A stretch of DNA of 54,591 nt, from contig CAYSKO010000011.1 in the NCBI GenBank assembly GCA_964431835.1, positions 1 through 54,591 on the forward strand, given 5' to 3'. The position numbers were made by a program, and so were the translations under genes. The notes under the pieces were generated by a model that searched no databases, was not told the DNA's origin, and saw only the letters and a program-made list of their open reading frames with translations. The DNA comes from an uncultured Planctomycetia bacterium. GTDB lineage: Bacteria; Omnitrophota; Gorgyraeia; 2-02-FULL-51-18. Of the stretch, positions 43,283-52,236 are shown piece after piece. Each line of letters starts with the position of its first letter. Positions within the stretch are counted from its first letter, which is position 1.

Positions 43283-44620
43283 ATGAATAAACTCAAACAA
43301 CTCTGGATCGATCTCCGATCAAGTTTTTGGTTTGTGCCGTCCTTGATTGTCTCGGCTAGTATTGTCCTTGCAGTCACATTGATTGAATTCGATGCCATCG
43401 AGGGAGATCGATGGTTGGCGCGGTGGCCGCGTCTCTTCGGAGCCGGAGCGGAAGGTGCGCGTGGGATTTTATCTACGATTGCTGGTTCGATGATGTCTGT
43501 GGTAGGTGTTACATTTTCCATGACCTTAGTGGTGCTAGCGCTAGCTTCGAGTCAATACACCTCACGTATCCTGCGGAATTTCATGAAAAGCCGCGTTACG
43601 CAAAGTACCATCGGAATCTTCGCCGGTATTTTCACTTATTGCCTGATCGTGTTGCGTACCATTCGAAGCGGTTCCGACGGCTCATTTGTCCCAAATATAG
43701 CTGTTTTTTTCAGCGTTGTACTGGCTATTTGCGGAATCGGGGTTCTCATAGCTTTCATTCATCATATGAGCTCTTCCATTCAAGCTTCAAATATTGTCGC
43801 CTCCGTGGCCGAGGAAACCATACAAAGCATAGACGAGTGTTTCCCTGAACAGCTTGAAAATGAAGCAGAGAAGGACATTCAGGAGCAAACTAAAATTTAT
43901 AACACAGAACGGAAGTGGCAAGTTATTCCAGCCAACAAAAGCGGTTATATTCAGAGCGCGGACCGTGCAGTCCTGTTGCGGCTAGCGCGAGAGAAAAAAG
44001 CTGTCGTACGAATGGAGCGTGGGGTTGGAGAATTCGTTGTACAAGGTACTTCGCTAGTATCACTCTCACTGGAAAAGTCATCAGATCACGAGACCATTAC
44101 CACCCTTCAAAAAGCCTTTGTTATTAGTCGGCACCGTACGATAGAACAGGATATGGCCTTCGGTATCAGGCAAATCGTGGACGTGGCATTGAAGGCGCTT
44201 TCACCCGGGATCAATGACGTTACAACAGCCGTGATGTGTATAGATTATCTTGCGGCGATTTTAACGCGACTCGCAACCCGGAAGATCCCTCCATTTGATT
44301 TTTACGAGGATCAGGAGCTGCGGGTGATTGCCAAGGGTCCAAGTTATGAAAGTTTATTGGATGAAGCATTTGATCAAATTCGGAACAATTCTTCAGGGAA
44401 TGTCACCATTATGGTGCGAATGCTCGGGGCTCTTCAAACTTGCGCCAGCAAAACGGTGAGTCCGAGCCGGCGGCAGGCACTTGAGCAACATGTGCGACGG
44501 ATTGCTGAACTAGCCGAACATAGTGTTACGTTTGCCCACGACCGTGCACGAATCGATACACAATTGACAACTATACGCGAAGCGCTTAATGCCACCCCAT
44601 TTCCCCACGACACACTCTGA
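43283..44620 (+). CDS. DUF2254-family membrane protein
   Basis: Start at ATG 43283 (the track's TTG 43277 is also possible). LWIDLRSSFWFVPSLIV and four N-terminal TMs plus a soluble C-terminal half are typical of DUF2254. Confidence 0.7.
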   Translation: MNKLKQLWIDLRSSFWFVPSLIVSASIVLAVTLIEFDAIEGDRWLARWPRLFGAGAEGARGILSTIAGSMMSVVGVTFSMTLVVLALASSQYTSRILRNFMKSRVTQSTIGIFAGIFTYCLIVLRTIRSGSDGSFVPNIAVFFSVVLAICGIGVLIAFIHHMSSSIQASNIVASVAEETIQSIDECFPEQLENEAEKDIQEQTKIYNTERKWQVIPANKSGYIQSADRAVLLRLAREKKAVVRMERGVGEFVVQGTSLVSLSLEKSSDHETITTLQKAFVISRHRTIEQDMAFGIRQIVDVALKALSPGINDVTTAVMCIDYLAAILTRLATRKIPPFDFYEDQELRVIAKGPSYESLLDEAFDQIRNNSSGNVTIMVRMLGALQTCASKTVSPSRRQALEQHVRRIAELAEHSVTFAHDRARIDTQLTTIREALNATPFPHDTL

Positions 44621-44806
44621 ACGAAAACAGCCCCTCCATCGTCTTATCCTCCCGTTTTAGGATGGTGGTCATTGATGTTGCCCCTCCAAGCACACAGTTC
44701 CTAAGGGCAACTTCTGTGGGTTTGGGTTGTCGTTTTTCCTACCACTGTCCAGCAAATTGCTCAGGCGACATGATGTCGGAGTAAAGAAAATGAGCGTTAA
44801 ATTTTT

Positions 44807-44849
44807 CTAATCCAACATTAATGATGTCTTAACCTGATGATTCTATAAT
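44807..44849 (+). promoter_or_regulatory. phased CTAAT-repeat promoter (site 3)
   Basis: CTAAT(44807)-ccaaca-TTAAT(44818)-gatgtc-TTAAC(44829)-ctgatgattc-TATAAT(44844-44849). It lies 39 nt upstream of the DUF305 ATG. Confidence 0.6.
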
Positions 44850-44888
44850 CATAGATATTTCTCGCAACGCAGGCAAGAAAGGCAAGTT

Positions 44889-45353
44889 ATGATGCCATAC
44901 CCAAAATTCGCCGCGATGATTGCGACCTCCACGGTCGTGATGTTTGGCCTGATGTATCTCAACGCTTACGCGTTCGACCACGTTTTCTTCAGCGAGACCC
45001 GCGCTTACATGGCGCTGCTCATGGGCGCTACGATGGCCGTCGTCATGCTCGGTTTCATGCTGAAGATGTATGACAATCGAAAAGCGAATATTGGCATCTT
45101 CGTGGGCAGTGCAGTTGTTTTTGCCGTGTCGCTTTGGCTCGTGCGCAGTCAGGCGACGGTCGAGGACGTTTCCTGGATGAAGGCGATGATCCCGCACCAT
45201 TCGATAGCGATTCTGACGAGCGAGCGCGCACACATTTCCGATCCGCGTATTCGGAAGCTCGCGGCTGGCATTATCGAAACGCAGCGCAAAGAGATCTTCG
45301 AGATGAAGGTGCTAATCGAAGACCTCGAGAAGAAAATCCCCAAGAAAGCGTGA
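44889..45353 (+). CDS. DUF305-family protein with N-terminal TM segments
   Basis: MIPHHSIAILTSE and ...KLAAGIIETQRKEIFEMK match the DUF305 pattern (M..HH..AI.M and A..I...Q..EI..M). Confidence 0.7.
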   Translation: MMPYPKFAAMIATSTVVMFGLMYLNAYAFDHVFFSETRAYMALLMGATMAVVMLGFMLKMYDNRKANIGIFVGSAVVFAVSLWLVRSQATVEDVSWMKAMIPHHSIAILTSERAHISDPRIRKLAAGIIETQRKEIFEMKVLIEDLEKKIPKKA

Positions 45354-45380
45354 TGCCCGAGCTTACGAGAAGGTTTTGAC

Positions 45381-46637
45381 ATGTTAAAGAAAATACGCTT
45401 TTTTCTAACGCATGATCTTTGGAGGATCCGCGCGAAACGACTTCCCAGGAAAAAGGCCGTCCCGATCGGATTCCTTCGTGTCGTGATGCTCACCGCAAGA
45501 CAGTTTCGAAAGGATAATTGTCAGCTGAGAGCGTCGGCATTGACCTATTTCACGTTGATGTCGGTCGTGCCAATCTTGGCTTTGGCGTTCGGAATTGCGA
45601 AGGGATTTGGACTCGAACGGCGCTTCGAGGCGATGCTTCTTCGCGAACTGCCGAGCCAGGAAGAAGCGCTTCGGCGAATCATCGGTTTTGCGGTGGAAAT
45701 GCTCAAGTCGGCGCAGGGGGGCGCCATCGCCGGCATCGGCATCGTATTCCTCATTTGGGCGATCATCCGGATGCTTGGGCAGATCGAAAACGCTTTCAAC
45801 GACATATGGGGCGTTAAAAAGGGACGCACGCTCGGGAGAAAGTTCACGGACTACATTTCGTTGATGTTCTTGTTTCCCATTACTCTCGTTCTTGCCGGCA
45901 GTCTGAACGTGTTTCTGGCGGGACAGCTGGCCAGCGGCACAATTGGCGCGTTACCCGATGCGATTGAGAAGCTCCTGATTATATCGTTGCCACTGCTTTC
46001 GTTTCTCGTCATCTGCGGGCTCCTCAGTTTTTTGTACGTGTACTTGCCCAATACGCCGGTGCATATCGGATCCGGCATCATCGGCGGGGTGAGCGCAGCG
46101 CTCGTCTATGAGGCGGTGCAGTGGGGCTATATCCATGCGCAGATTTTCTTCAGCAGCTATGGCGCGGTTTATGGAAGCTTTGCGGCGTTGCCTCTTTTCT
46201 TAATCTGGCTTCAGCTCAGTTGGATGGTCATCCTTCTCGGCGCCGAGCTGGCATTTGCGCATCAAAACGCGGACACCTATGAATTCGAACCGGATGCGCA
46301 ACGGGCGAGTTTCGGCTTGAGGAAGGTCTTGGCCATGCGAATAACCGCTTTATGCGTCGAACGCTTCAAGCGCTCGGAGCCTCCGTTGATGGACGAGGCG
46401 ATTTCATCGTCGCTGGACATACCGATCCGTCTTTGCAGATCGCTGATTGAGGATCTCATGAGTTGCGGGATTCTTTCTGAATCGCGGGGGAGCGGGGATC
46501 GATGCTTCGGTTACCAGCCGGCGATGCCGATCGAAGCGATTACACACGAGAAAATAGTGGCCGGTCTTGAGCGGGTGGGGTTCAATGACCTGCCTGTCGC
46601 CTCCATGCGCGAAGCGGGAGCGGAGGGACACAGTTAA
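45381..46637 (+). CDS. YihY/BrkB-family membrane protein with a C-terminal soluble extension
   Basis: ASALTYFTLMSVVPILALAFGIAKGFG and the six-TM layout are typical of the YihY family. An extra roughly 120-aa C-terminal domain is present. Confidence 0.8.
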   Translation: MLKKIRFFLTHDLWRIRAKRLPRKKAVPIGFLRVVMLTARQFRKDNCQLRASALTYFTLMSVVPILALAFGIAKGFGLERRFEAMLLRELPSQEEALRRIIGFAVEMLKSAQGGAIAGIGIVFLIWAIIRMLGQIENAFNDIWGVKKGRTLGRKFTDYISLMFLFPITLVLAGSLNVFLAGQLASGTIGALPDAIEKLLIISLPLLSFLVICGLLSFLYVYLPNTPVHIGSGIIGGVSAALVYEAVQWGYIHAQIFFSSYGAVYGSFAALPLFLIWLQLSWMVILLGAELAFAHQNADTYEFEPDAQRASFGLRKVLAMRITALCVERFKRSEPPLMDEAISSSLDIPIRLCRSLIEDLMSCGILSESRGSGDRCFGYQPAMPIEAITHEKIVAGLERVGFNDLPVASMREAGAEGHS

Positions 46638-46687
46638 AAGGAACTGGACGGATGAAAAGAGGTGTCTGCTTAAGCGGTTAAAAAATT

Positions 46688-46731
46688 CTAATTTACTTCT
46701 AACCCCGCTTTAATCCCGGGGGACTTATACT
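46688..46731 (+). promoter_or_regulatory. phased CTAAT-repeat promoter (site 4)
   Basis: CTAAT(46688)-ttactt-CTAAC(46699)-cccgct-TTAAT(46710)-cccgggggact-TATACT(46726-46731). It lies 40 nt upstream of ATG 46772. Confidence 0.65.
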
Positions 46732-46771
46732 GATAAATGCCCGGGGTGAGCACCCTTATTAAGGAGGCGTT

Positions 46772-46921
46772 ATGAAAAAAAAGCCGGTAAACGCGGTTAA
46801 AAACCTCACCCAGCCCGCGTCGATGAATCGGAAGCTGGTCGGACAAAGAAAGACGATCCAGTCTCACTTAAAGAGCGCCGGGAAGCGCAATCAATCCCGT
46901 CGGGATTCCAAAAACGCTTAA
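46772..46921 (+). CDS. small, very basic hydrophilic protein (49 aa), below the ORF-track size cutoff
   Basis: My own translation is MKKKPVNAVKNLTQPASMNRKLVGQRKTIQSHLKSAGKRNQSRRDSKNA. A consensus AAGGAGG SD (46761-46767) sits 4 nt before the ATG, and a site-4 promoter lies upstream. Confidence 0.45.
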   Translation: MKKKPVNAVKNLTQPASMNRKLVGQRKTIQSHLKSAGKRNQSRRDSKNA

Positions 46922-46922
46922 C

Positions 46923-47156
46923 ATGAGACGGCCGCGTAAAACGTTCATTTTTTTGGCGGTCGCCGCCGTCGTTTCGGCGGTGGGGCCGCTTACTAAGATC
47001 GAGCTGTCCGGCTCATTCGACGATCCGGACGTCCATGTCTGGAATGCGGTAGGCCTGTTCATCCGCAACGCTTTCTTCAAAGCCGTCGTTCCCGGATTCG
47101 AAGGCGCCGCGGGACTACCCGGAAACGCTTTAAGCGCCGGCGGCTCCCCGTCGTGA
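46923..47156 (+). CDS. small membrane-anchored hypothetical protein (77 aa)
   Basis: The ATG lies 1 nt after the previous stop. The N-terminal anchor is FIFLAVAAVVSAVG. Its stop overlaps the GTG start of the GH15 gene (GTGA). Confidence 0.4.
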   Translation: MRRPRKTFIFLAVAAVVSAVGPLTKIELSGSFDDPDVHVWNAVGLFIRNAFFKAVVPGFEGAAGLPGNALSAGGSPS

Positions 47157-48979
47157 GCGTCGGAGCCGGCGAACGCTACCGGCCAATCAGCGACTACGCG
47201 ATGATCGGCGACATGCACAGCGCCGCGCTCATCTCCTCCGACGGTTCGATGGATTGGTGCTGCTTTCCGCATTTCGACGACCCCGCCGTTTTTTGCCGCA
47301 TTCTGGACTCGGACAAGGGCGGCTATTTCGCGATCACTCCGGCCTCCAAGTCCGCGGTTTCGCGAAAATACGTCGAGGATTCGAATGTTCTTGAAACGCG
47401 GCATGATACAGCAGAGGGCGCGGCTCGGGTTTTCGATCTGATGCCCGTCGAAAAAGTGGCCCACGAAGAAGGCTCGAAACACTCCCTTCACAGTGTTTAC
47501 AGGATTCTCGAGGGACTCGAGGGCACCGTGGCGTTCGATGTGGTTTTTAAGCCCACCTTCGGTTTCGCCGAAAATAAAACCGACATTCGCGTCGAGGCGG
47601 GAAAAGTCGTCGCCACTTGCGGGGAAGAAACCCTTCTTTTGAGTTCTCCCGCCGTCTTCGCGCCTAGCGGCGCCGGTTTCGTGTCCGCTACCGTTCGAGT
47701 CCGAAAAGGGGAGAAGTTCTGTTTCGGGCTCTTTTATTTCAAAGGCGAAGGTCGGGATCCTCTCAAAAAGCCGGCTGATTATCAGGGCGATCTCGACGAA
47801 ACCGTCGCGTTCTGGCGGGCGTGGCTGTCCCGCTGCCGTTACCACGGCTACCACGCGGATCTGGTGCGCCGCAGCGCGCTCGTCCTTAAGCTCCTCATCT
47901 ACGAACCCACCGGCGCTTTGATCGCCGCTCCGACGACTTCGCTGCCCGAAGAAATCGGCGGCGTGCGGAACTGGGATTACCGGTTTTCTTGGATTCGCGA
48001 CTCCACGCTCATCCTCTCCGCCCTCATGGAACTGGATTATCAAGACGAGGCGCTCCGGTTTTTTCGCTGGATCGAGAGCTTACAGGAGAAGGCCTCGCTT
48101 CAGATTATGTACACGATTCACGGCTCGCCGGATATTCCGGAACGGGAGCTGGCGCATCTGGAAGGATATAAAAAATCCTCTCCCGTCCGTGTGGGAAACG
48201 CCGCGGCCGCGCAAACGCAGCTCGACCGGTTTGGCCAGCTGCTAAACGCCGCCTATTACTGCTATAAAAAAATAGCGCCTCCCGCAGAAAATATCCGCAG
48301 TTTTCTGAGCGGCCTGGTCGACGAAGCGTGTCTGCACTGGAAGGATCCCGACCACGGCATCTGGGAGGTGCGCGACCGGCCGCGGCATTATCTGCACTCG
48401 AAGCTCATGTGTTGGGTGGCCCTCGACCGGGGGATCAAGCTGGCGGAGTTGGGCGTCCTCGAAGGTCCGCTCGAGCGCTGGATTGGGGTTCGCGAGGAAA
48501 TCTCTACGGAGATTTTGCAGCGCGGTTACAATTCGCGCATCGGTGCGTTCACGCAGTCCTTCGATTCGGATACGCTCGACGCCAGCGCGCTCACCGTCCC
48601 GCTCGTCGGTTTTCTTCCGTTCGACGATCCGCGCGTGCTTTCCACGGTCGATGTCGTGCGCCGCCGCCTCGTATCGAACGGTCTTGTTTACCGTTATTTG
48701 AACGACGACGGTCTGCCCGGAGGCGAGGGGACGTTTCTCCTGTGTACTTTCTGGCTCGTGGATAATCTCGCCAATCAGGGGTGCCTGGACGAAGCCAAAG
48801 CGCTCTTCGAAAGCGTCGCGAAACACGCGAACAACGTGGGACTTTTTTCCGAAGAGATCGATCCGAAAAGCGGCGAACTCCTCGGAAACTTTCCGCAAGG
48901 ATTCACTCATCTGGCGCTAATCCGGTCCGCGATTCACATCCAGAATGCAGAGGAGCGTCAGCGTGCGAAACGCTCCTGA
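47153..48979 (+). CDS. glycoside hydrolase family 15 (glucoamylase/trehalase-like)
   Basis: YRPISDYAMIGDMHSAALISSDGSMDWCCFPHFD, NWDYRFSWIRDS and FLLCTFWLVDNLA are the hallmark blocks of bacterial GH15 proteins. Confidence 0.88.
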   Translation: MSVGAGERYRPISDYAMIGDMHSAALISSDGSMDWCCFPHFDDPAVFCRILDSDKGGYFAITPASKSAVSRKYVEDSNVLETRHDTAEGAARVFDLMPVEKVAHEEGSKHSLHSVYRILEGLEGTVAFDVVFKPTFGFAENKTDIRVEAGKVVATCGEETLLLSSPAVFAPSGAGFVSATVRVRKGEKFCFGLFYFKGEGRDPLKKPADYQGDLDETVAFWRAWLSRCRYHGYHADLVRRSALVLKLLIYEPTGALIAAPTTSLPEEIGGVRNWDYRFSWIRDSTLILSALMELDYQDEALRFFRWIESLQEKASLQIMYTIHGSPDIPERELAHLEGYKKSSPVRVGNAAAAQTQLDRFGQLLNAAYYCYKKIAPPAENIRSFLSGLVDEACLHWKDPDHGIWEVRDRPRHYLHSKLMCWVALDRGIKLAELGVLEGPLERWIGVREEISTEILQRGYNSRIGAFTQSFDSDTLDASALTVPLVGFLPFDDPRVLSTVDVVRRRLVSNGLVYRYLNDDGLPGGEGTFLLCTFWLVDNLANQGCLDEAKALFESVAKHANNVGLFSEEIDPKSGELLGNFPQGFTHLALIRSAIHIQNAEERQRAKRS

Positions 48980-48991
48980 GCGGCTTCTCCC

Positions 48992-50110
48992 ATGAAATCT
49001 ATAGTGGTATTGCCGAAAGAAAGAAAGGTCGAAATCGTCGATGGGCTCGAGCCTCAAATCGGCGCCCCCGATCAAGTGAAACTGCGCGTGCGCGAAGTCG
49101 GCGTCTGCGGGACGGACCGGGAGATCGCCCAATTCAAATACGGGACACCGCCGCCGGGATCGGATTGTCTGGTCCTGGGCCACGAGTGCCTGGCCGAGGT
49201 GATGGACGCCGGGTGCGATGTGAAAGGTTTCAAGCCGGGCGATCTTGCGGCGGTCATGGTAAGGCGTCCTTGCCCGCATCCTGAGTGTCGCGCATGCCTG
49301 GCGGGCAGGCCGGATTTTTGCATCACCGGCGACTTTACCGAGCGCGGGATAAGGGACCGCCACGGCTTCATGAGCGAATACGTCGTCGATGAAGAGCGGT
49401 ATTTGATCCCGGTTCCGGGCGCTCTTGCGTCCGTCGGCGTTCTGACGGAGCCCTTGTCGGTCGCTGAGAAAGCGCTGTCTCAAGTCATGCAGATGCAAGA
49501 CCGCTTGCCATGGTTCGCCGAACGCGTCGAAGCGGGGAGGTCTTTCGAGGGTTTCAATGCCGTCGTCTTGGGCGCGGGGCCGATCGGGATCCTCGGCAGT
49601 ATGCTGCTCTTTAAAAGTGGTTTCCGGACGACCGTTCTTTCCCGGGGATTGCCTTCGAGCGAAAGCGCCGCGCTTTTGAAGTCGATTGGCATCGAATACG
49701 TGTCCACCGAATGCGACGATCCGAGGAAGCTTTGTAAGAATATCCCTAATATCGATCTGGTGTTTGAGGCTACCGGCGCTTCGCGGTTCTCTTTCAAAAT
49801 GCTTCCCTATCTAGGACGTAACGGCATCTTCATTTTTACTGGCATACCGGGCATAAAAGAACCCATCGAAGTCGATACGGAACGGTTCATGCGGGACGTG
49901 GTCTTGAAGAACCAGGTTTTGATGGGGACGGTCAATGCGGACAAGGCCGCATTCACGGCGGCCGTCGCGGATCTGGCGGAGTTTAAAAAACGATGGCCGG
50001 GGGCCCTCGAATCCATGCTGTCGAGGATTCCGGTTGCGGAGGCGGGACAGCACATCCTTGGAGCTGCAAAGGGGATCAAGACGGTCATTTCATTCATAAC
50101 CGGAGGCTGA
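48992..50110 (+). CDS. zinc-dependent glucose 1-dehydrogenase-like MDR dehydrogenase
   Basis: VGVCGTDREI...LVLGHECLAEV and the Rossmann motif VLGAGPIGILG are present. The overall layout resembles archaeal-type glucose dehydrogenase (N-terminal GroES-like fold plus a Glu_dehyd_C-like part). Confidence 0.7.
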   Translation: MKSIVVLPKERKVEIVDGLEPQIGAPDQVKLRVREVGVCGTDREIAQFKYGTPPPGSDCLVLGHECLAEVMDAGCDVKGFKPGDLAAVMVRRPCPHPECRACLAGRPDFCITGDFTERGIRDRHGFMSEYVVDEERYLIPVPGALASVGVLTEPLSVAEKALSQVMQMQDRLPWFAERVEAGRSFEGFNAVVLGAGPIGILGSMLLFKSGFRTTVLSRGLPSSESAALLKSIGIEYVSTECDDPRKLCKNIPNIDLVFEATGASRFSFKMLPYLGRNGIFIFTGIPGIKEPIEVDTERFMRDVVLKNQVLMGTVNADKAAFTAAVADLAEFKKRWPGALESMLSRIPVAEAGQHILGAAKGIKTVISFITGG

Positions 50111-50111
50111 C

Positions 50112-50300
50112 ATGATTCCGATCGAACGAGAAAGAGAAGGCGCCTTCTCTTCTGATTTCCATGAAAACTTAAAGTTGGACTATGCTCGTGAAGCGCGTTA
50201 TGCAAGATCAGATGCTGATCGTAACGGCGGATATGATATTGAAAACCAAATAGAACAAGTGAGAGAAGAATATCGAATACACATGCAACTAACTCGCTAA
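50112..50300 (+). CDS. doubtful small ORF (62 aa)
   Basis: The ATG lies 1 nt after the dehydrogenase stop. The ORF is acidic and hydrophilic with no SD, and it contains a perfect 18-nt palindrome (50133-50150) that could equally be a terminator. Confidence 0.2.
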   Translation: MIPIEREREGAFSSDFHENLKLDYAREARYARSDADRNGGYDIENQIEQVREEYRIHMQLTR

Positions 50301-50325
50301 TTAAGATATATCACAAGGAGTTCTT

Positions 50326-50943
50326 ATGAGCCAAACCAAAGCAGGCCCCTTCACTTTACCAGCCCTTCCCTATGAACAAAATGCGTTACAACCCGCAATT
50401 TCCTCGAGGACGCTTAATTTTCACTATGGCCAGCATCACCAGGGGTATGTGAATAAACTCAACAAGCTTGTTTTGGATACTGAACTTGAGGGCCTGACGC
50501 TCGAAGAGATTATTGTCAAGACTACCGGCAGACCCGAAAAACTCAGTATTTTCAACAATGCGGCGCAAGTCTGGAATCATACATTTTATTGGAATAGTCT
50601 GTCACCAAATGGTGGCGGTGAGGCATCTGGAGAGTTGCACCGTAAAATTGAAGCCAGTTTCGGCAGTTACGAAAACCTCATTAAAGAATTCGCTAAATCC
50701 GGAATGGAGCAGTTCGGGAGCGGCTGGGCATGGCTCGTTAAAGAAGATGATGCTCTTAAGATCATCAAAACCCCGAACGCAGAAAACCCTCTTTCCCAGA
50801 AAAAGGGGACGGCGCTTCTGACTCTGGATGTGTGGGAACACGCTTATTATTTAGATTATCAAAATAAACGAAACGATTATCTAGAAACGGTCTTGAATAA
50901 ATTGATCAACTGGGAATTCGCTTCAAAGAATTTAGCGGCTTAA
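50326..50943 (+). CDS. sodB: Fe/Mn superoxide dismutase
   Basis: FTLPALPYEQNALQPAIS..TLNFHYGQHHQGYV, AQVWNHTFYW, GSGWAWL and DVWEHAYYLDYQNKR are present. AAGGAG SD upstream. Confidence 0.93.
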   Translation: MSQTKAGPFTLPALPYEQNALQPAISSRTLNFHYGQHHQGYVNKLNKLVLDTELEGLTLEEIIVKTTGRPEKLSIFNNAAQVWNHTFYWNSLSPNGGGEASGELHRKIEASFGSYENLIKEFAKSGMEQFGSGWAWLVKEDDALKIIKTPNAENPLSQKKGTALLTLDVWEHAYYLDYQNKRNDYLETVLNKLINWEFASKNLAA

Positions 50944-51044
50944 TGGAATTCGAGAAAGAGAAGGACTGCTAGCATGGGGAGAGCATGTCGGTCGTACGCA
51001 ACTGAATTTTTGAGTTTTCATCCTACTAAAACACGAGGCAGAAA

Positions 51045-52208
51045 ATGACACAGAAAATCAATTTACTCACCATCGAATCATTGGCTGAGTTGGTATCCGT
51101 CCAACAGCAGCCGTGTCTCTCGCTTTATCAGCCGACTCATCGGAGCCGGCCCGAGAATCAGCAGGATCCGATCCGATTTCGCAATCTTGTAAAGGAGTTG
51201 GAGGTATCGCTCCGGCAGAAGTATCCGGCCGTCGAGATTGGGCGGCTTTTGGAACCGTTTGCAGCCCTCTCTCACGATGATGAATTCTGGAACCATATGC
51301 GGGAGGGCTTGGCCGTACTGGGTGGGCCGGGCCTGTTTCGAGTGTTCCAGCTTCAGCGGCCAGTCGCCGAATTGGCCGTCGTGGCCGACAGTTTTCACAC
51401 CAAGCCCTTGCGACGCTTTCTGCAATCGGTCGCTCACTATCAGGTTCTGGGATTGAGCCTCCAGAAGATCCAGCTCTTCGAAGGAAACCGCGATACGCTC
51501 GACAAGATCGATCTGGCTCCGGGCGTCCCGCGGACGATCACCGAGGCGCTGGGCGATGAGCTGACCGAGCCCCATTCAACCGTCGCCTCCCACGGTGGTG
51601 TCGGTCATGCGAGCACGTCCATGCACCACGGCCACGGCGGGAAAAAGGACGAGGTGGACATCGATGCAGAACGGTTTTTTCGTGCCGTCGACCGCGCGGT
51701 GCTCGAGCACCATTCCCGACCATCGAGCCTGCCGCTGATCCTGGCGGCGTTGCCGGAGCATCATGATCTTTTCCGCCGGATCAGCCACAACCCATTTCTG
51801 ATCGCGGAGGGGCTCATGATTAATCCCGACGTCCTGCCAATCGATAAACTTCGGGAACGCGCCTGGCAAGTCGTCGAGCCGCAGTATCAGGCGCGGCTGG
51901 CTAAGCTGAACGAAGAGTTTGAACAAGCCCGATCCAAGGGGCTTGGCAATGACGACTTGGCGCAGGTTGTTCAGGCGGCTACCGCCGGACGGGTCGCGAC
52001 GCTGCTGATCCAGGCCGACCGTCAGATTGCCGGCCGACTCGACCGCGCGGCGGGGCTGGTCGAAGTTGCTGATCTGAGCCACCCGCAAGTCGATGACGTG
52101 CTCGACGATCTGGGCGAACTGGTCGAAAAGATGGGCGGCCAGGTCCTGGTCATGCCAGCCGAGCAGATGCCGGGGCGAACGGGACTGGCTGCCACTTACC
52201 GGTATTGA
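51045..52208 (+). CDS. bacterial aeRF1-like (baeRF family, probably family 3) protein
   Basis: The N-terminal pattern ...PCLSLYQPTHRSRPENQQDPIRFRNLVKELE... and a size of about 390 aa match my recollection of baeRF-family proteins. The call is from memory only. Confidence 0.5.
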   Translation: MTQKINLLTIESLAELVSVQQQPCLSLYQPTHRSRPENQQDPIRFRNLVKELEVSLRQKYPAVEIGRLLEPFAALSHDDEFWNHMREGLAVLGGPGLFRVFQLQRPVAELAVVADSFHTKPLRRFLQSVAHYQVLGLSLQKIQLFEGNRDTLDKIDLAPGVPRTITEALGDELTEPHSTVASHGGVGHASTSMHHGHGGKKDEVDIDAERFFRAVDRAVLEHHSRPSSLPLILAALPEHHDLFRRISHNPFLIAEGLMINPDVLPIDKLRERAWQVVEPQYQARLAKLNEEFEQARSKGLGNDDLAQVVQAATAGRVATLLIQADRQIAGRLDRAAGLVEVADLSHPQVDDVLDDLGELVEKMGGQVLVMPAEQMPGRTGLAATYRY

Positions 52209-52236
52209 ACCAACCGTGCTCACAAAGGAGAACGAC

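Noticed and set aside
50133-50150. Perfect 18-nt palindrome AGAGAAGGCGCCTTCTCT just after the glucose-dehydrogenase-like gene.
   Set aside because: From sequence alone it cannot be assigned to a terminator (no clear T-run; it is followed by TCTGATTTCC), an operator, or part of the doubtful 62-aa ORF. It is noted but not called.
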